A stretch of DNA of 63,100 nucleotides, filler included, from Phoronis australis (taxonomy: Eukaryota > Animalia > Phoronida): assembly GCA_002633005.1 (NCBI GenBank). It is 5 parts of 5 records of this genome, joined end to end, with 100 filler letters (N's around TTAATTAATTAA, not from the genome) between each part and the next. Parts side by side here need not be neighbours in the genome. Positions count along the whole stretch, not along the records: positions 1 to 26,481 come from NMRA01001048.1; 4 more parts are not named here. One strand, 5' to 3'. The position numbers and the translations under genes were made by a program. The notes beneath the pieces are model-generated. The model did not search any database, was not told the DNA's origin, and saw nothing but the letters and a program-made list of their open reading frames with translations. Shown here in pieces: positions 11,034 to 24,929 of the stretch; the stretch's first letter is position 1; each line of letters starts with the position of its first letter.

Positions 11034-11680
11034 CTAAAATTGAACAACATAGAAAAGAAGTTGCAAAAATATATGAGTGTTATTGTGCAGTTCACACTGG
11101 TAGCTCGAACCAAAACTGACGTTACTTAATGTTCAGTGACATTCATTAACAATGGTCCACAGAATATTCGTTTCAAATGAAGGTATGTCACAACACAATT
11201 ATTATAATAATCAACAGAACAAGAAATTTAGCCTGTGTGGACAATTGTGGTTTTAAGCACTTTAAGATACCGTCATAGAGATTTAACTCTAAATTATTTT
11301 TGATATTTTCCATAAATAATCCTTGCGTGTCTATTCTGTGCTCGAGTAATTTAATTTTTATGTATATGTTTGAGTTTCTAGTCCAGACTGGGACTTGATG
11401 ACTCGTAGACTGGAGCTGAAACATCGAGTAGAAACTCGAGCAAAAACCCGAAATTTCAAATTAGACTCAAAATTTTAGCCTTAAGCCTGGTTACCCATAT
11501 GGGTCATTATATACTAAAGCACATAATAATGATAAATTTGTCTTGAGTTCGCACAAAGATAGAATAGAAAATGGAAAAAAATGATTTCGAGTAAAAAGAC
11601 TTGGATCCTCACCCGGGCTCTAGTGAAATGACATCCTGAATCAATTTACAATTCTGTAAAACATTTCAAAGCATGCTTAC

Positions 11681-11926
11681 CAGTCTTTACTGTAAAGTCC
11701 AGTGGATCACTTTTAAGACTACCCTCTTGACTGATGGCAACAACTTGAATAGTGTAAGTTGAACCAGCAGCTAATTTATCAAATGTGTAAGTGGTGTGCG
11801 TGGTTGTGTTCACTCGAGAAGGGCTGGTTAGATTCACTTCATACTGCGCAGCTCCACTAGATGGCGCATTCCACGATACAGTAACAGAGTCTGAAGTACT
11901 GGAACTTGATGGTGTTGTGGGAGTGC
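11681..11926 (-). CDS. FN3 receptor gene exon (first visible FN3 domain)
   Basis: 246 nt, phase 1-1, tttttctAG acceptor and GTAAGC donor. Translates TPTTPSSSSTSDSVTVSWNAPSSGAAQYEVNL...YTFDKLAAGSTYTIQVVAIS. Confidence 0.92.
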
Positions 11927-14900
11927 CTAGAAAAAACGTCAACAAACTAGTAAACACACACCATAGCGATTTACCTCATGTCAATTAAACCACAGAGTGA
12001 CAAAAACAGCCAAAGCTTAATGGTGTAAAGCAACAACGCATTGTAATTCTTCACTTATTTTGCACAACAAAAATAGTTGTTGAAATTGTTGTTTCTCAAT
12101 ATTTTCAAAGAATGAATACTTTGCTGCAAATATTAACAAGAGCAACGCAGAGCGTTGAAATGCGCCCACAATTGTACCGCATATGGTATCCTTCCAGGGT
12201 TGTTTATTGGTACCATAAAGTGGCCAAAAGAGGGCATATATGTAGTATGTTGTACTTAGCATAATGGAAAGGCATGGTCATTGTCTCCTCAATAGGCTAG
12301 GGGCAAAATGCGAGTAATCTTCATAATACAAGCACATCCTATACACCAGTTGCTTAAAGCACCACAGAAACATAGAATTAAAAACAAATTTACCAACATA
12401 CGAGATTAGCACAGCATTAGAATGCCAGAAACAAATTTCTACTTGGAACTTTTCCTTCATAGTCAGAAAGTAACACAAAGTATACACCTGAAGACCTATG
12501 AAAATACAGAGGTCAATGTAAAATACTAAAATTGCCACTAGAGGCAAATACTAAAATTGCCACTAGAGGCATACCGGTAGTCAGAATCAACCTAAAGTCG
12601 TCGTCCTTTTTCAACATCACATAAATACACTTGCTAAATTTAGTAAAGATCCTGCAAACGGTTTGGGAGATACAGCCATGGGCGCAAAAAAAACAAAACT
12701 GCCACTAGGAGGTGCCACAGTAGTCCAAATCGTCTGAAAATCATTGTCAGCTGTCTTCCTTATAGTAAGCACATACACGTCAATTTTCACAATCATCCTT
12801 TGAGCGGTTTGGTTGATAGAGGGGTGGACGCAAAAATACAGACTCGAAAACAGTAAAAATGGCCANNNNNNNNNNNNNNNNNNNNNNNNNNNNNNNNNNN
12901 NNNNNNNNNNNNNNNNNNNNNNNNNNNNNNNNNNNNNNNNNNNNNNNNNNNNNNNNNNNNNNNNNNNNNNNNNNNNNNNNNNNNNNNNNNNNNNNNNNNN
13001 NNNNNNNNNNNNNNNNNNNNNNNNNNNNNNNNNNNNNNNNNNNNNNNNNNNNNNNNNNNNNNNNNNNNNNNNNNNNNNNNNNNNNNNNNNNNNNNNNNNN
13101 NNNNNNNNNNNNNNNNNNNNNNNNNNNNNNNNNNNNNNNNNNNNNNNNNNNNNNNNNNNNNNNNNNNNNNNNNNNNNNNNNNNNNNNNNNNNNNNNNNNN
13201 NNNNNNNNNNNNNNNNNNNNNNNNNNNNNNNNNNNNNNNNNNNNNNNNNNNNNNNNNNNNNNNNNNNNNNNNNNNNNNNNNNNNNNNNNNNNNNNNNNNN
13301 NNNNNNNNNNNNNNNNNNNNNNNNNNNNNNNNNNNNNNNNNNNNNNNNNNNNNNNNNNNNNNNNNNNNNNNNNNNNNNNNNNNNNNNNNNNNNNNNNNNN
13401 NNNNNNNNNNNNNNNNNNNNNNNNNNNNNNNNNNNNNNNNNNNNNNNNNNNNNNNNNNNNNNNNNNNNNNNNNNNNNNNNNNNNNNNNNNNNNNNNNNNN
13501 NNNNNNNNNNNNNNNNNNNNNNNNNNNNNNNNNNNNNNNNNNNNNNNNNNNNNNNNNNNNNNNNNNNNNNNNNNNNNNNNNNNNNNNNNNNNNNNNNNNN
13601 NNNNNNNNNNNNNNNNNNNNNNNNNNNNNNNNNNNNNNNNNNNNNNNNNNNNNNNNNNNNNNNNNNNNNNNNNNNNNNNNNNNNNNNNNNNNNNNNNNNN
13701 NNNNNNNNNNNNNNNNNNNNNNNNNNNNNNNNNNNNNNNNNNNNNNNNNNNNNNNNNNNNNNNNNNNNNNNNNNNNNNNNNNNNNNNNNNNNNNNNNNNN
13801 NNNNNNNNNNCCTCCCCCAGTCAAATCAACTTACCAAGTGCTGCCGTCCGGGAAGCCTGAAAAAACAAACAGTCCCCGGGAACATAAAGCACCAGTGCAT
13901 CATATCAGTAATTACACTGTCAAACTTTACAAAGATCACTCATACTACATCAAATTACTTTTTAACTTCCGATTAATCCCTTCAATATATAGTGCATTTT
14001 ATCTCAAGTCTGCATTAAGTCTGCATTATGCAAACTAAAAACACAATCAAGCTGATAATCAGGTTTTTATGCACAAAGGCCTGCTGTTAAATAGTCTCTT
14101 CTAGGAATATCACAGCACTCTCTTCAATTCTGTGGCATTTACCCACAATGTTTGGTCCACCATGTCATTCAAGAACTGTTAGTACTGTACCATAATGCAC
14201 CTCACCTCAATTTCCAGATGCTGACTCCTCCAGTTACACAGCAAAACAGCAGAATTAATGAGAAGAACAATACTGGCAACAATGTTCAAAACTTGTAGGT
14301 TGTAGAAGTCACATTTCTTGTCTGGTTTTCAAAATTCGAAAACCTAACCACGGCTACTTTTCACAAACTGCTCAAAGGTGCTTTTTAAACCTTTCAAAAC
14401 AAAAACTTAAAAAATACTATTGTCACCCCTAGTGTGCTTATGATGGATCTGATTAGCTAGAGAAGGATAACATCTGCAGCCACTAGCCTCCATAAGCGAT
14501 GTTATTGCCTACAACTGCATGGTGTCTTTTGATCATTGCGGCAGATTTCGCGACAAGCAAACCAGCCGAGTTGCCCAATAAACACCTAAATCCAACCCCA
14601 AACTGGATTTTTTGATTCTGAAATTTGGGACACGATCGAATATGGCATTCACCATATTTCTCAAATTTCAGACACATCAATTTTGGCAACATTGGCCATA
14701 ATTCTCAAATTTCAGACAGCGCACTTTTTGCATGGTCGGGGGCTGAATGTAAATCTGGAATATCATCGAGTATCGGTGATTATTTACACATCATTTAAAA
14801 CTGCCCCCCGGTGTATTGTATTAATTGATGTTGCAGTCTATAGTTATTAATGTGGACATTTTGTGTATATCTTGCACAATTTCTTGGCAGCCATAATTAT

Positions 14901-16736
14901 AGACTCAAAATATTTGCTACCCTTGATCACGGTTTCACTACGTCAATAAAATATTGTGTAACCAAGTGAGATCCTAGGTTCACGGCTTCAATTTTTCCAG
15001 CGAACCAGCACCCCACTTACCTTCCTTCCGGCGCCCCGACCTTCGCTTTACCATGCATACAAATCGATGAAACGATATTGTAAGCATCAAGGAAAAACAG
15101 AGTTAGTGAAAAGCATAAATCGATGTCCTAGTTTGTTGTGCAGTATACGTTAAAAATGTTCATGTTGTAAATATATCAGATCTTTACGTCTCCTTACTGA
15201 CATTCTACTTACTAGCCTACTTTGTATTCTATATGAAATGTTTGGGCTCTCTTGCAGCAAGGTTAAGAATTTTGAAATCATCTAAAACAGACCTATGGCA
15301 TGTGATTTAAAAAATGAAACCTGGGCCCGTGGTGGAGATCAAGCTAAATCCGCATAGATCAATCTAAATCCGCATACATGCATAAAAATCAGTTGAATTT
15401 ATTCACCAGTGGACGGCACTGCTACTAGGCCAGAGTGAATATAGGACAGATAAAATTACAACAGCAATGCCAAGAATGATTATCGGGACGATCCGCTTTC
15501 ATATTAAAAGACAAGTAGCGTCGAAGAAGCTAACGCACCTGTAGCTGGCTACTTGAACAGTCACTTGCGTGTTGTGGTGTTTTTATGTTAAAACTACATA
15601 GGCTCTACCTCGGTTAAATTGTGAAATGACCTACTGCTATGTTTCGGAATAAAAATTCCAAACTTTTAGTGATTGAATAAAGCCCAGTCACATGAAGCAA
15701 CAGTTCTATAATTGTCAAATAAATGCCCGGACATGTCAGCAAGCGAGTAAAGACCGAGGGGACCTTATTTACATGCATCTCGTTGGTGGGAACGCTGTTT
15801 CGCTACGATCTGTTTGAGTGACACGTGACTAATAAGTATGTCGCATGCGCTGCCCCAGAGACAATCCAGGGTTACATTATAGTGTAGTCACGTCGTCAGT
15901 GTTTGGTTTGCCAACAGTTTCACATCAGTCAAGGCATGTTACACGACAAATATGTTATATTTCCTATCACAAAGTTTGGATAATCGACTCGTGTTCAGAA
16001 CCCGTAGCATCATGTGAATTTCTTGCCAGCAATAATGATCACAAATCTGCGCAGCTGCTCAAACGGTCAAAAACTGCAAATCGAAACATTGTCGGGACCT
16101 GACCGCATAAATTCTAAGATTTCAGACACTGTTGATTTTGATGTCTTTCTCATATATCTCAAATTTGGGATGACCAATATTGTCTATTTCTAAAATTTCC
16201 GACAGGTTCAAAATATTTATTTCTTCACTGTCCTAAATTTGGGAATTTTTACTGTAGACACTATGCATTTTACTACCTCAGAAGCGAGTTGAATCCAGAA
16301 TGTGAGAATTGCTCTGAATATTCAACAAGTGAAAAATGTTTATCCAAGAACACAACTGTCCATAACATGACTGCCATTTTTGTGAAGAATCGATATTTTC
16401 TTTACAATAAATTTTCAAAACGCGTGGCAACACTAGCGTTTGGGCTGATCTTTTTACGACCAGTACATACATGGAAGCAGACCTCAAATGCAGGATTTCC
16501 CACCAAGCAACAGAAATATCAGCCATTAAATAACAATGTCATCAATCTGAATATTCAATTTTGAGCTTGATGGCAGATCTTCACTATCAGAAGGTAAATA
16601 AAAATGTGAGGTATAGTTCCCTCAACCATGGTCTTAATCACTGACTGGATTAAGGTGTGATAATTTGATAATAAGTTAAAAAGAAGTTCAACAGTTGCAA
16701 ATTTCCATCAACACGAAAAATCATGATCCAACTCAC

Positions 16737-16778
16737 CACCACAGCCACAACGCACAAACACAATGAGAATGAGGTCAT
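16737..16778 (-). CDS. Probable first coding exon (start of the signal peptide) of the FN3 receptor, likely a receptor-type tyrosine phosphatase
   Basis: Acceptor tgttttcAG near 16805, ATG at 16778 in AAAATG context, hydrophobic MTSFSLCLCVVAVV, then a GTGAGT donor (phase 0). A phase 0-1 linking exon is needed and was not found; it may lie in gap 12866-13810. Confidence 0.6.
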
Positions 16779-18872
16779 TTTTCTTCTCACTGAATTATCA
16801 TCTTCTGAAAACAAGACAAAAGGAAAGTGTTTATATGAGCCCAGCGAGTGCTTTGCATACAACGTAAATCTATACAAGGGATGTCATCATCATTATTTTA
16901 AACATTTCCACAAAAGGGAAAACTGCTTGACTGAAAAATAAAATACGGAAATTCTAAGCGACAAAAAGCATGGCCCCAATGCTCTGCTGAACAGGAACAC
17001 ACCTACGTAACACTACTTTCATTGTGATTCTTCACACAGTTTGGAGGAAACAAGAAGGCAGGCAACAAAAAAGAGACACGGAAAAAGTAAATTAAGGTTA
17101 CTACGAATCACAAGGTAGGTCAAATTCATCTGAAATTGGACACTGGTATTGTCATCTAGGTAATTTTAGCAAATTTCCTGTACACTCATCAAGGAACTTC
17201 ATGATCAAGGCAAATGAAAAGGAAATCAAAATTTACACTGGAGAACATTACAGCCATATTAGTCCTCAAATCCATGTTAGTTGTACTCTCCTCAACAGAA
17301 ACACTTTTAACAAATCTTATGAAGTCATCCACCAAAGGAATTTGGTTGATATCGATAAAAAACTGCCACTATGGGTGCATATTCAGACAAAACTGGATTG
17401 GCATTACTGTCATCTCAATATAAACTTAACTGGTAAAATTCATGAAAATCCTACAAAAAACTAAGGGCAGCATTGTCGGGTCAGTTTGAAGCTAAATGCA
17501 GGATTAATTAATGAGTCATAAAAATCAGAACACGTCTGCCAAACCTCATGAAGATTCTGCAGCTTTAAGCTAAGACATACAGCAGCAGACGGCGAACGCA
17601 ACAAAATGCTTATTTAATAAAACATGTTCTTCACTATATCATTTCAAGTGCAACAATCGCCAATACACATAAGAAACTCCTTTGTTGCAAAAATGAGCTG
17701 TTACCTAAAGAGTACTGAGCCGTGAACCCTTAAAAAGAAATTTAACACGAAAATGTCACCCATATGAACAGCACCAGCAGGAAAAATTCCTTCCCCAATG
17801 TTAATGACCAACCCCAAAGCCAAACTTTAAAGTGTCTCAGCCCATAGGAACAGAATCACCCCACACTGGACACAGCAACTGTTGAAGATCGCAGGCATTA
17901 TTACATGAGCAACATTTGACTGGCCATGTAGACATGAACCTGTTCCAGTGTGGGTGCATGAGAAGGGGTGGTAAAATCTAGATAACACATTCATGCAGCT
18001 ACTTCCACATAACTCAAATGATTGAAATATTTATTCTACTTGCACATAAGCATGACACAACATCCCTTACCTGGAATATTGCAAAACCTCTGAGAATCAA
18101 ATCAAAAAGACTGCCAGGTGAGCTGCAGAGACAGGATTGTGATAAACATGTCCAGTTACCAGCATCATGCACACTTATGTGTACACACCTTATAACCAAC
18201 ATGCTGAACAAAGCCAATCACAACAATAGCAGAATAGACTGCTATGAACAGGACAATGAAGTGGGACAGACAACAAATCAGTACATTTGTGATGCTGGGC
18301 TGAACAGGTCAACTACCAGGAAATAACTAGAGCCTGTTCAGCAGTCTGTACAAAGTGACTACAACCCTTAACTTCCTTATGGGTCATGAATGAATCCAAT
18401 CAATATCAAACTTAAAAAACCATAACTACAAAGTTTAATGGAGATTAAATTCCCAGAAAAATGATCCCACTAGGCTCAAAAATGCGACACTGCCGAACCA
18501 CAAAAACATTCACAGTGCTTTGGGCATGAGGTGAAAAAGCATGTAGACTACAGGGGCAATATGTACTTTACATTTTCCTGAACTTCAGCTGTGTATGTTT
18601 AAATAAAAGAAATCAAACACAACCAGTTACAGGCCACCAAGCAATTAACAATGGGAAGGGAAGGGGCCACCTACTTATATGAAAAAGAGCTGCATTCAAC
18701 AGCTGATTAAGGTCATCAGTCTTAGTGAGCACTGGTTTAATGCATCATGAGATTCTTAGCATGGTGAAAACAGATTACTTAAATTGCTAAATTATCAGAG
18801 AATTTTGCCCACAGAGTCGCAGTGAACACTAACCATTGTTTTGGTCATTATCAAAAATACCAGCTTCACTTA

Positions 18873-19031
18873 CCATAATCGTTCGGGTTAACGCCCTGGG
18901 CGGTTAAATTGGCGAATCCAAAAAATTGGGGGAGGGCGGTTAACCGAGCAGTGGGCGGTTAAATCGAAAATCCACCTAAAGTAGGGGGTGGGCGGTTAAC
19001 TGAGCATGGGCGTTAACCCAAACGTTTACGG
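18873..19031. mobile_element. MITE with ~24-bp TIRs and TA target duplication (Tc1/mariner-type, CCGTA-ended)
   Basis: TA-ccataatcgttcgggttaacgccc ... gggcgttaacccaaacgtttacgg-TA, with internal gggcggttaa subrepeats. Related fragments at 8048, 26941, 32069, 52629 and 56365. Confidence 0.8.
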
Positions 19032-19039
19032 TATAAAAA

Positions 19040-19760
19040 CACATACAAGAGGGCTGTAGTGCACTAGATGTTGCGAAACCAAAACCTTGTTATCAAAAAA
19101 AATTCACTATGCAAAAGCAGAACGTTTATCCGAATCAGTCTGTCAACATATAGACTTCAAATGACCTGCAATGATCTGCACTATGATAGTGAAATACACA
19201 ACGAAAACATTTCGTTTGGCTTTATCGCCTTTGGTCAACAACTCACACCTAGCAATGCCTCTCAACCTGATACAAAAAATTATTTAGTCTCCTCCTCGGT
19301 TTGCACCGTCTTCCTAGAGGAATTCACTGTAATCTGTATTCGATCGTGTCCATGGTTTAAAAAATTTTGTCAGTGCTTTTACCGCATCTTCATATACGAT
19401 GTCTCTTACATAACATTCAAGCATGAGAAAATTCCCCACACTTCTTGTCATGTATAATGCAACAGCAATGCTGTCAGTGTCCATGATATCAAATGCCAGT
19501 AAGAAATTTTCAAAACACCTTGGCCCATAATTCCCAACGTGCAAACTGGATCGAGACGTGCCCTAACCCAAGCTGCTCAAATGTAGGTAACCCACCCAAA
19601 GCCATCTTACTGTTCATTACTGTCTTATATACTAATAAATAAATCTAATAAACATCTTCGTTACCACTACTGTGTAAATGGCCAAATGTGGATAATAATC
19701 GACATTTCGTAAAGAAAAAAACAACTGTATTCGAGATGGCGCTGGAACTAACTTACTACA
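19040..19760 (-). mobile_element. Degenerate Gypsy/Ty3-like LTR retrotransposon 5' relic (short LTR, PBS, gag)
   Basis: TGT...ACA-bounded 90-bp segment 19760-19671, then a PBS-like TGGTAACGAAGATG (19666-19653), then gag-like YEDAVKALTKFFKP...RLRGIARCE with stops. A possible RNase H relic GLRHFKVWLWG lies near 17810-17843. Confidence 0.55.
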
Positions 19761-21195
19761 GAGATCGCCATGAGGCGCTTACGTATGAAATACACTGCAC
19801 TGCCTGTTTTGCTATCGGCATCCACATGTGATATGTTGCCTAGTCAATATATTCAAAACATCATTTCCAAAATTGCACTATTTTAAAGAGGTTAAATGAT
19901 CTGAGTAAGTGGACTGATGCATGCATGTTACAGGCCTCCCAACAGCTTAACACAAAAAGTAGGGGAAAGTGGGAAAAAGAAATTGCAAAGATAGTATATT
20001 TCATTGAAAAACTATGTTTGTTCACTGAGAAAAGTGTCACATAATTACTTTAAAAGTTTAAGTTTATGTATCATAGAGATTGACATAAAGCTTCAGATAG
20101 ACACTGGCTTGCAATAAAACACTGGGTATCAAGCTATAGGAGTCTCTGGACAACAGTTTCCAAACATTGCAAGAACAGTTTCCAAACATTGCAAGAACAT
20201 AACTACCCTATAAAGGCCTCTTTTTATTGAACATTCACAGGCTAGCTGGTAAGCCTGATTATGGTGAAGGCAGCAGACCACGACAGGTGGGGTGCGTGTT
20301 TGATTACTGGAGTGTTGTTGAAAGCAGTATATTTTAGAACAGGCCGACTATAGCCTGTATAGGCACTGAAGGACACTTAGCCATGTTAATCAATATTATG
20401 GCATGTCCAAGGCAAGGGTATTGTACATTAGAGTTAGACTTGAGAAATATGTAGCACATCGAATAAATTTTGACAGAAAATAACAAAAAATAAGAATTTG
20501 AAAAAAAATTGAAAAATTGTATTCAGGGCACGTTGGGAGATGTAACAGTAAGTGTTTACACAACTGTTTAACTGTTTAGGTACGTTAATTAGAGCTTAAT
20601 CAAATAAACTAACCTGGTGATCTAATCTAGTCAGGGAGGTTGTTGTCCTAGACATGCCACGAGGAATCCCACCACAGATTGTGCTAGACTGTTTGATCAA
20701 GAGATCCTACACAACACGCAAAATCCCGAATTGAGAAACGAAAGTGAGAATGAAACAGCAGCGGTAGCCTAGGTCAACTGTATACACAGCAGACACTTGA
20801 CAGTGTTACCCGTTAGACTAGGCAATGACCACCCTTAGACTAGAGTTAAACTGTGGCTATAGCCTACTTACACGAAACCTTTGAAAAAGCCAGTAATCGG
20901 AAATAAAGGAGCAGTAATATAAAAAACTCAAGGAGCCGAAGTCAGTGGGTTATCACGTACTACGCGAGGTAACCAGTCCGGATAAGCTGATAAGCGCGAA
21001 GATACTGAACGAGGAAATGAAAGCAGATTGGCCTACTTGTTGCTCCATGAACTTCGACATGAACCTCAGTTAATAAAGGTTATGCAGCTCCTACTACATT
21101 CTTCTAAGTCCAAATTTAAACCGAATTCGACAGCAAAAACCAACTTGTTATCAAGATGATGTGTTATCAACCAGTTTTTAAACTTTACTGCTTAC

Positions 21196-21300
21196 CGAAG
21201 TTCACTTGCACCGCATACCATGTCTATGCGCGCTGACAGTGCTACCTGTGGGTAAACAGACATACTTCACTTTCTGTCCTCAGCGCGGCTTCAGTGTCAG
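21196..21300 (-). other. Candidate non-coding first exon of the FN3 receptor gene
   Basis: GTAAGC donor at 21195-21190 in a locally CpG-richer, non-repetitive stretch upstream of the ATG exon. The 5' boundary is unknown. Confidence 0.25.
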
Positions 21301-22899
21301 TGAAGGCCCGGGGTCAATAAAAGGAGTTTAGTACAATTGTACTATACTACTTGGTTTGAGTCCCAAGTGGCCTTGCGTATTAGACAAAAGATCTCACTGA
21401 CTGAGAGGAAAAACATAAATGCTAACTTTTTGTAAAATTAAACTGCTGTAAATTAATTTTTCAAAACTTCTCTCCTGTCGGATTTTTTTCTTTTGACATA
21501 CATGAGTATGGAGCACTCGTTCCACAATTTCCATCCAAAACATCGTAACGGTGAAAACAGTGGTCACTACATTATCAAATAAATGAACAACTTAAAGAGG
21601 CATGGAGCGCGAAAGCTCGCAAAACATCGTTTTAAATAGTATGGGATGAATCTAGTATATACATGTAGGGGATGTTAACATAAGAGTTATTCACTTTGAG
21701 CCCGAGCATTGCAAGAATTTCTAGAAGAAATCGTCAGATTCACTGTTTTTGAAACACAGACGAAATATAATTATTTTCGTTCAAATTTTCAGTTTCTCCG
21801 CCCCAAATAATGTATAGGCGTGATGCGCTCAAATGAGTCCGATTCCAGTCAGGCTGACTGGCAGCTGCTTCAAATCGCAACTAATTTGTTTACACCAAAG
21901 GTCAATGGTCACGTTTTCATCACAAGGGATATCTGCCACGCCTATGTGTTGCCGTACGAAGTAAGGAGAGCTGCTTTGCCATGTGAGAGAAAATTCGACT
22001 AAGTGGACAGCAGATATCTTTTTGAAATATGAAATCCTTTGTCACGAAGACAAATTCAAAATCTATACTAACAAACCGTAAGAATAACTGGTGAACAGTT
22101 TCACTGCCTGTTTCAGTAGCAGAGAACTATTTTGAATAATGCAATTTAGTCTATTTTTCAGGTTCCAAGATACTTCAAGTTAGTTATTTCTCGTTTCATT
22201 CAAGGCACATTATATTATTCTATATATTATCCTAAGCACTTTGCGCATCGAAGCCACCCAAAATTAATTAACACAGAAGATGAAACTTGGCCAAGCATCT
22301 TAGATGACGCTGAAATACTAGCAGAGGAATTTGTCGTAAATGATTTTGGGTACGTAAACAGGAAATAATGACAATTCGTTATTTTGTTGCACAAGAGTTA
22401 TAAGAACGATGTAGAAACCCATAACGCAAATGGTTCAGGCTAAGGGTATCTGGATACAGTTTGATCTCTTGGTGTATTTTGACCATGTGTCGATGGAAAC
22501 TATGTAAGTGTAAATGTACGCCAAAATAAACTCCAATAATTCTGGTAACACTAGGTGTGTATTCACCTCTGATCAATAATAAAAAGTGAAGATAAAAGAT
22601 GTTGCCCCATCATGATACCATAGATACGATGCTGGTACTTGGCATGGCTTAATTGTACATTATAGCTCATGGCCTTGAATATAAAGCTATGGTCTATTGT
22701 GGTGCTTTTAATGTCGCTCTGCGTATGACAATAAGTGTCGTTATTCATGGCATATATTGTCTCACCTCGACTGGAGGTAACAATATGTGTCGCCAGTTCC
22801 GGTGTAGCATTAAAAAATGACCCGAGGGGGCCACTTTTACATATAAATGAATGACATGTTTTTAAGGTTAAAAAGCAAATAACACAGGCTTCCTTTCAT

Positions 22900-23640
22900 G
22901 TGCATCGCCCGGGATTCCTAGCCTAAAAAAATTTCTCTCACGCACGCTATTAAATATTTGACTCGCAAAGAGATCAACTCTGCTCCCACATATATTTCAA
23001 ACCTTTTCATGAGCGCACCCAGGGGGGGGGGGGCTCGANCTTCGAGAAAAACGAGGCAAAAGTCCACCGAAAAGACGCAGACGCACAGTTTACAGTTTCG
23101 AAGGTAGTACCCCGTTTTTTTTTTTAGTCCTACCGATATTCTGTCAGCCAAAGGTCCACACCGACAGAAATTCGAGCCCTCCCACATTGAAGGTTGGGTG
23201 CGCGCATGCTTTTATTTCTTTCCCACCACCTCCCTTATCTGGTAGGCAGCGCGACTCTCAGCCGAGAAAATTTAGAACTCTTTTCTCACGCACGTTTGAC
23301 CCTCTCACTGATTCAAATGTCCCCGATCCAACTGAGGAAGCACCACAGTTTTCGCTTCATCGTCACGGACATGATATTCTTTGTTTGTAAGCAGACCAGT
23401 CTAGCTCCCACACATCATATTCCTCAGTGGCCAGTACGCTGTTATTTTCTCTGCCTTATTGCATATTACTAAAAAGCAAGGTATGTACATTTCCCTTGCC
23501 GCGCAACACAGTCGAGCACAAAAAATGTTCACTCACGCACGTGTTTCCCCTCTCACAGATACAAATCACCCATCCGCACCGCGTTGTCGATTGCGTCTCA
23601 AGGAACAATTCCTTGGCGCACTCTTCGGTCGACAAAGGCT
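22900..23640. repeat. Degenerate subrepeat region
   Basis: ctcacgcacg-anchored blocks recur at ~22934, ~23285 and ~23532 with partly shared flanks. Confidence 0.4.
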
Positions 23641-24516
23641 CCTTTGCCCGGTTGCATGAAACAGTCCCAAAACAGTGATTTATTTACATTCGTAATCATA
23701 CGTCATTGTCATCAGTTTTCTTAATTTATGTATTTGTGTATAATAATTGTATATAGATTTCTTTGAATTTATTTAACCCAGATGCAATGCCTCTTGGCGC
23801 TTTCTGGGCATATTATTTGTACTGAAGATTTCACAAGATACATTTTTAAAAAGTCCCATACAAGGACTCAGCTAAGTTCCCTAAATGTTTTGCAAATAAT
23901 TATAGTTCTTTACACACAGATGTAACATCTATCTATGGTTTTATCTTCATTATGAGGTCTTTTTGACAAATGACATTTTCTAATAATGTAACTAAAAACC
24001 GAGCCCTTATGTCTGTCAAAATAATTAGATATTTACTAGTCCTTAAATTAGGTGCGTTGCATGAAACATTCCCTGCTTATTTTCACTATTATTGAGAATG
24101 CAACGTAGATTTCATTCTCGATTTGTACTTAGATCAAAAATTGACTTTCTAATGAAACTCAAATAGCATCAGAATGGACTATCAGTGTTTTCACAAGCCC
24201 ACAAATATGCAATAGATTTTGGGAACTAAAATAGTTGAGTCCCTGTTTGGGACTGTTTCTGGAGATATTCAAATACTTCAAGGAAAGACTTTTTGACTTC
24301 ATGCCAGAAACATTTATATAATTTACAATTTATTCAGTCATTTCCTGGAGACGTTATTGTTTTTTACAATTTTTAAAACTTCAAAACATTCCCCCTCGCT
24401 TAAAAAGTCGTCCAGTTGCTCAAAATCACTGGGGTATTTCTTTCGTGAAGGGTATAGGAGTTGGAGTTCCATTTGACAAATTGTGAAAACAGTGGAGTAA
24501 TTTGATAATGGTTTTA

Positions 24517-24833
24517 AGTGCCGTCCACAGACTTGCCCTAGAACAAGTTACTCCTGGAACGGGTTGTATCTAGGTTTGAGTGCTGTGTGGACGCTATTTA
24601 ACTAGCGCAAGTCATCGCACAGAAAAAAGTGGGTCAAGTTGAACTAGTGCAAGTTGTTCTTGGGTAGGCTTTGTGTGGATAGAACTATACTCCAACTTCT
24701 CCAGGTAGGGCAAGTTGTTCTAGGGTAACTTGCGCCACTTCTTATTCCTGTGCAGGCGGTGTGCTCTTGTAGCCGTATTCACATATGTTCATTGTCGCGC
24801 AGAGTGACATCTTCCGCATTACCTTGTTATCGG

Positions 24834-24873
<40 letters not shown>

Positions 24874-24929
24874 CGTATATGGACGCTAGTGCAAGTTGTT
24901 CTGGTGTAGCCTGTGTGTGGACGAGAATT
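24517..24929. mobile_element. MITE-like element containing a (TG)19 microsatellite
   Basis: Ends cgtccacag ... gtgtggacg (imperfect TIR); internal ctagtgcaagttgttct repeats; (TG)n at 24835-24872. Confidence 0.45.

Noticed and set aside
7494-13976. Long ORFs made of X (7494-8079, 12793-13976, also 48135-48436)
   Set aside because: Artefacts of translating through N gaps.
14196-14285. Hydrophobic minus-strand stretch (LPVLFFSLILLFCCVTGG) near a GTGAGG donor as the missing signal-peptide exon
   Set aside because: There is an in-frame stop just upstream, no suitable acceptor or ATG, and the phase does not fit.
1-16778. Assigning a specific gene symbol (e.g. PTPRQ, PTPRB, Ptp10D)
   Set aside because: Only FN3 repeats are visible; the TM and catalytic domains are outside the window, so orthology and even phosphatase identity remain inference.
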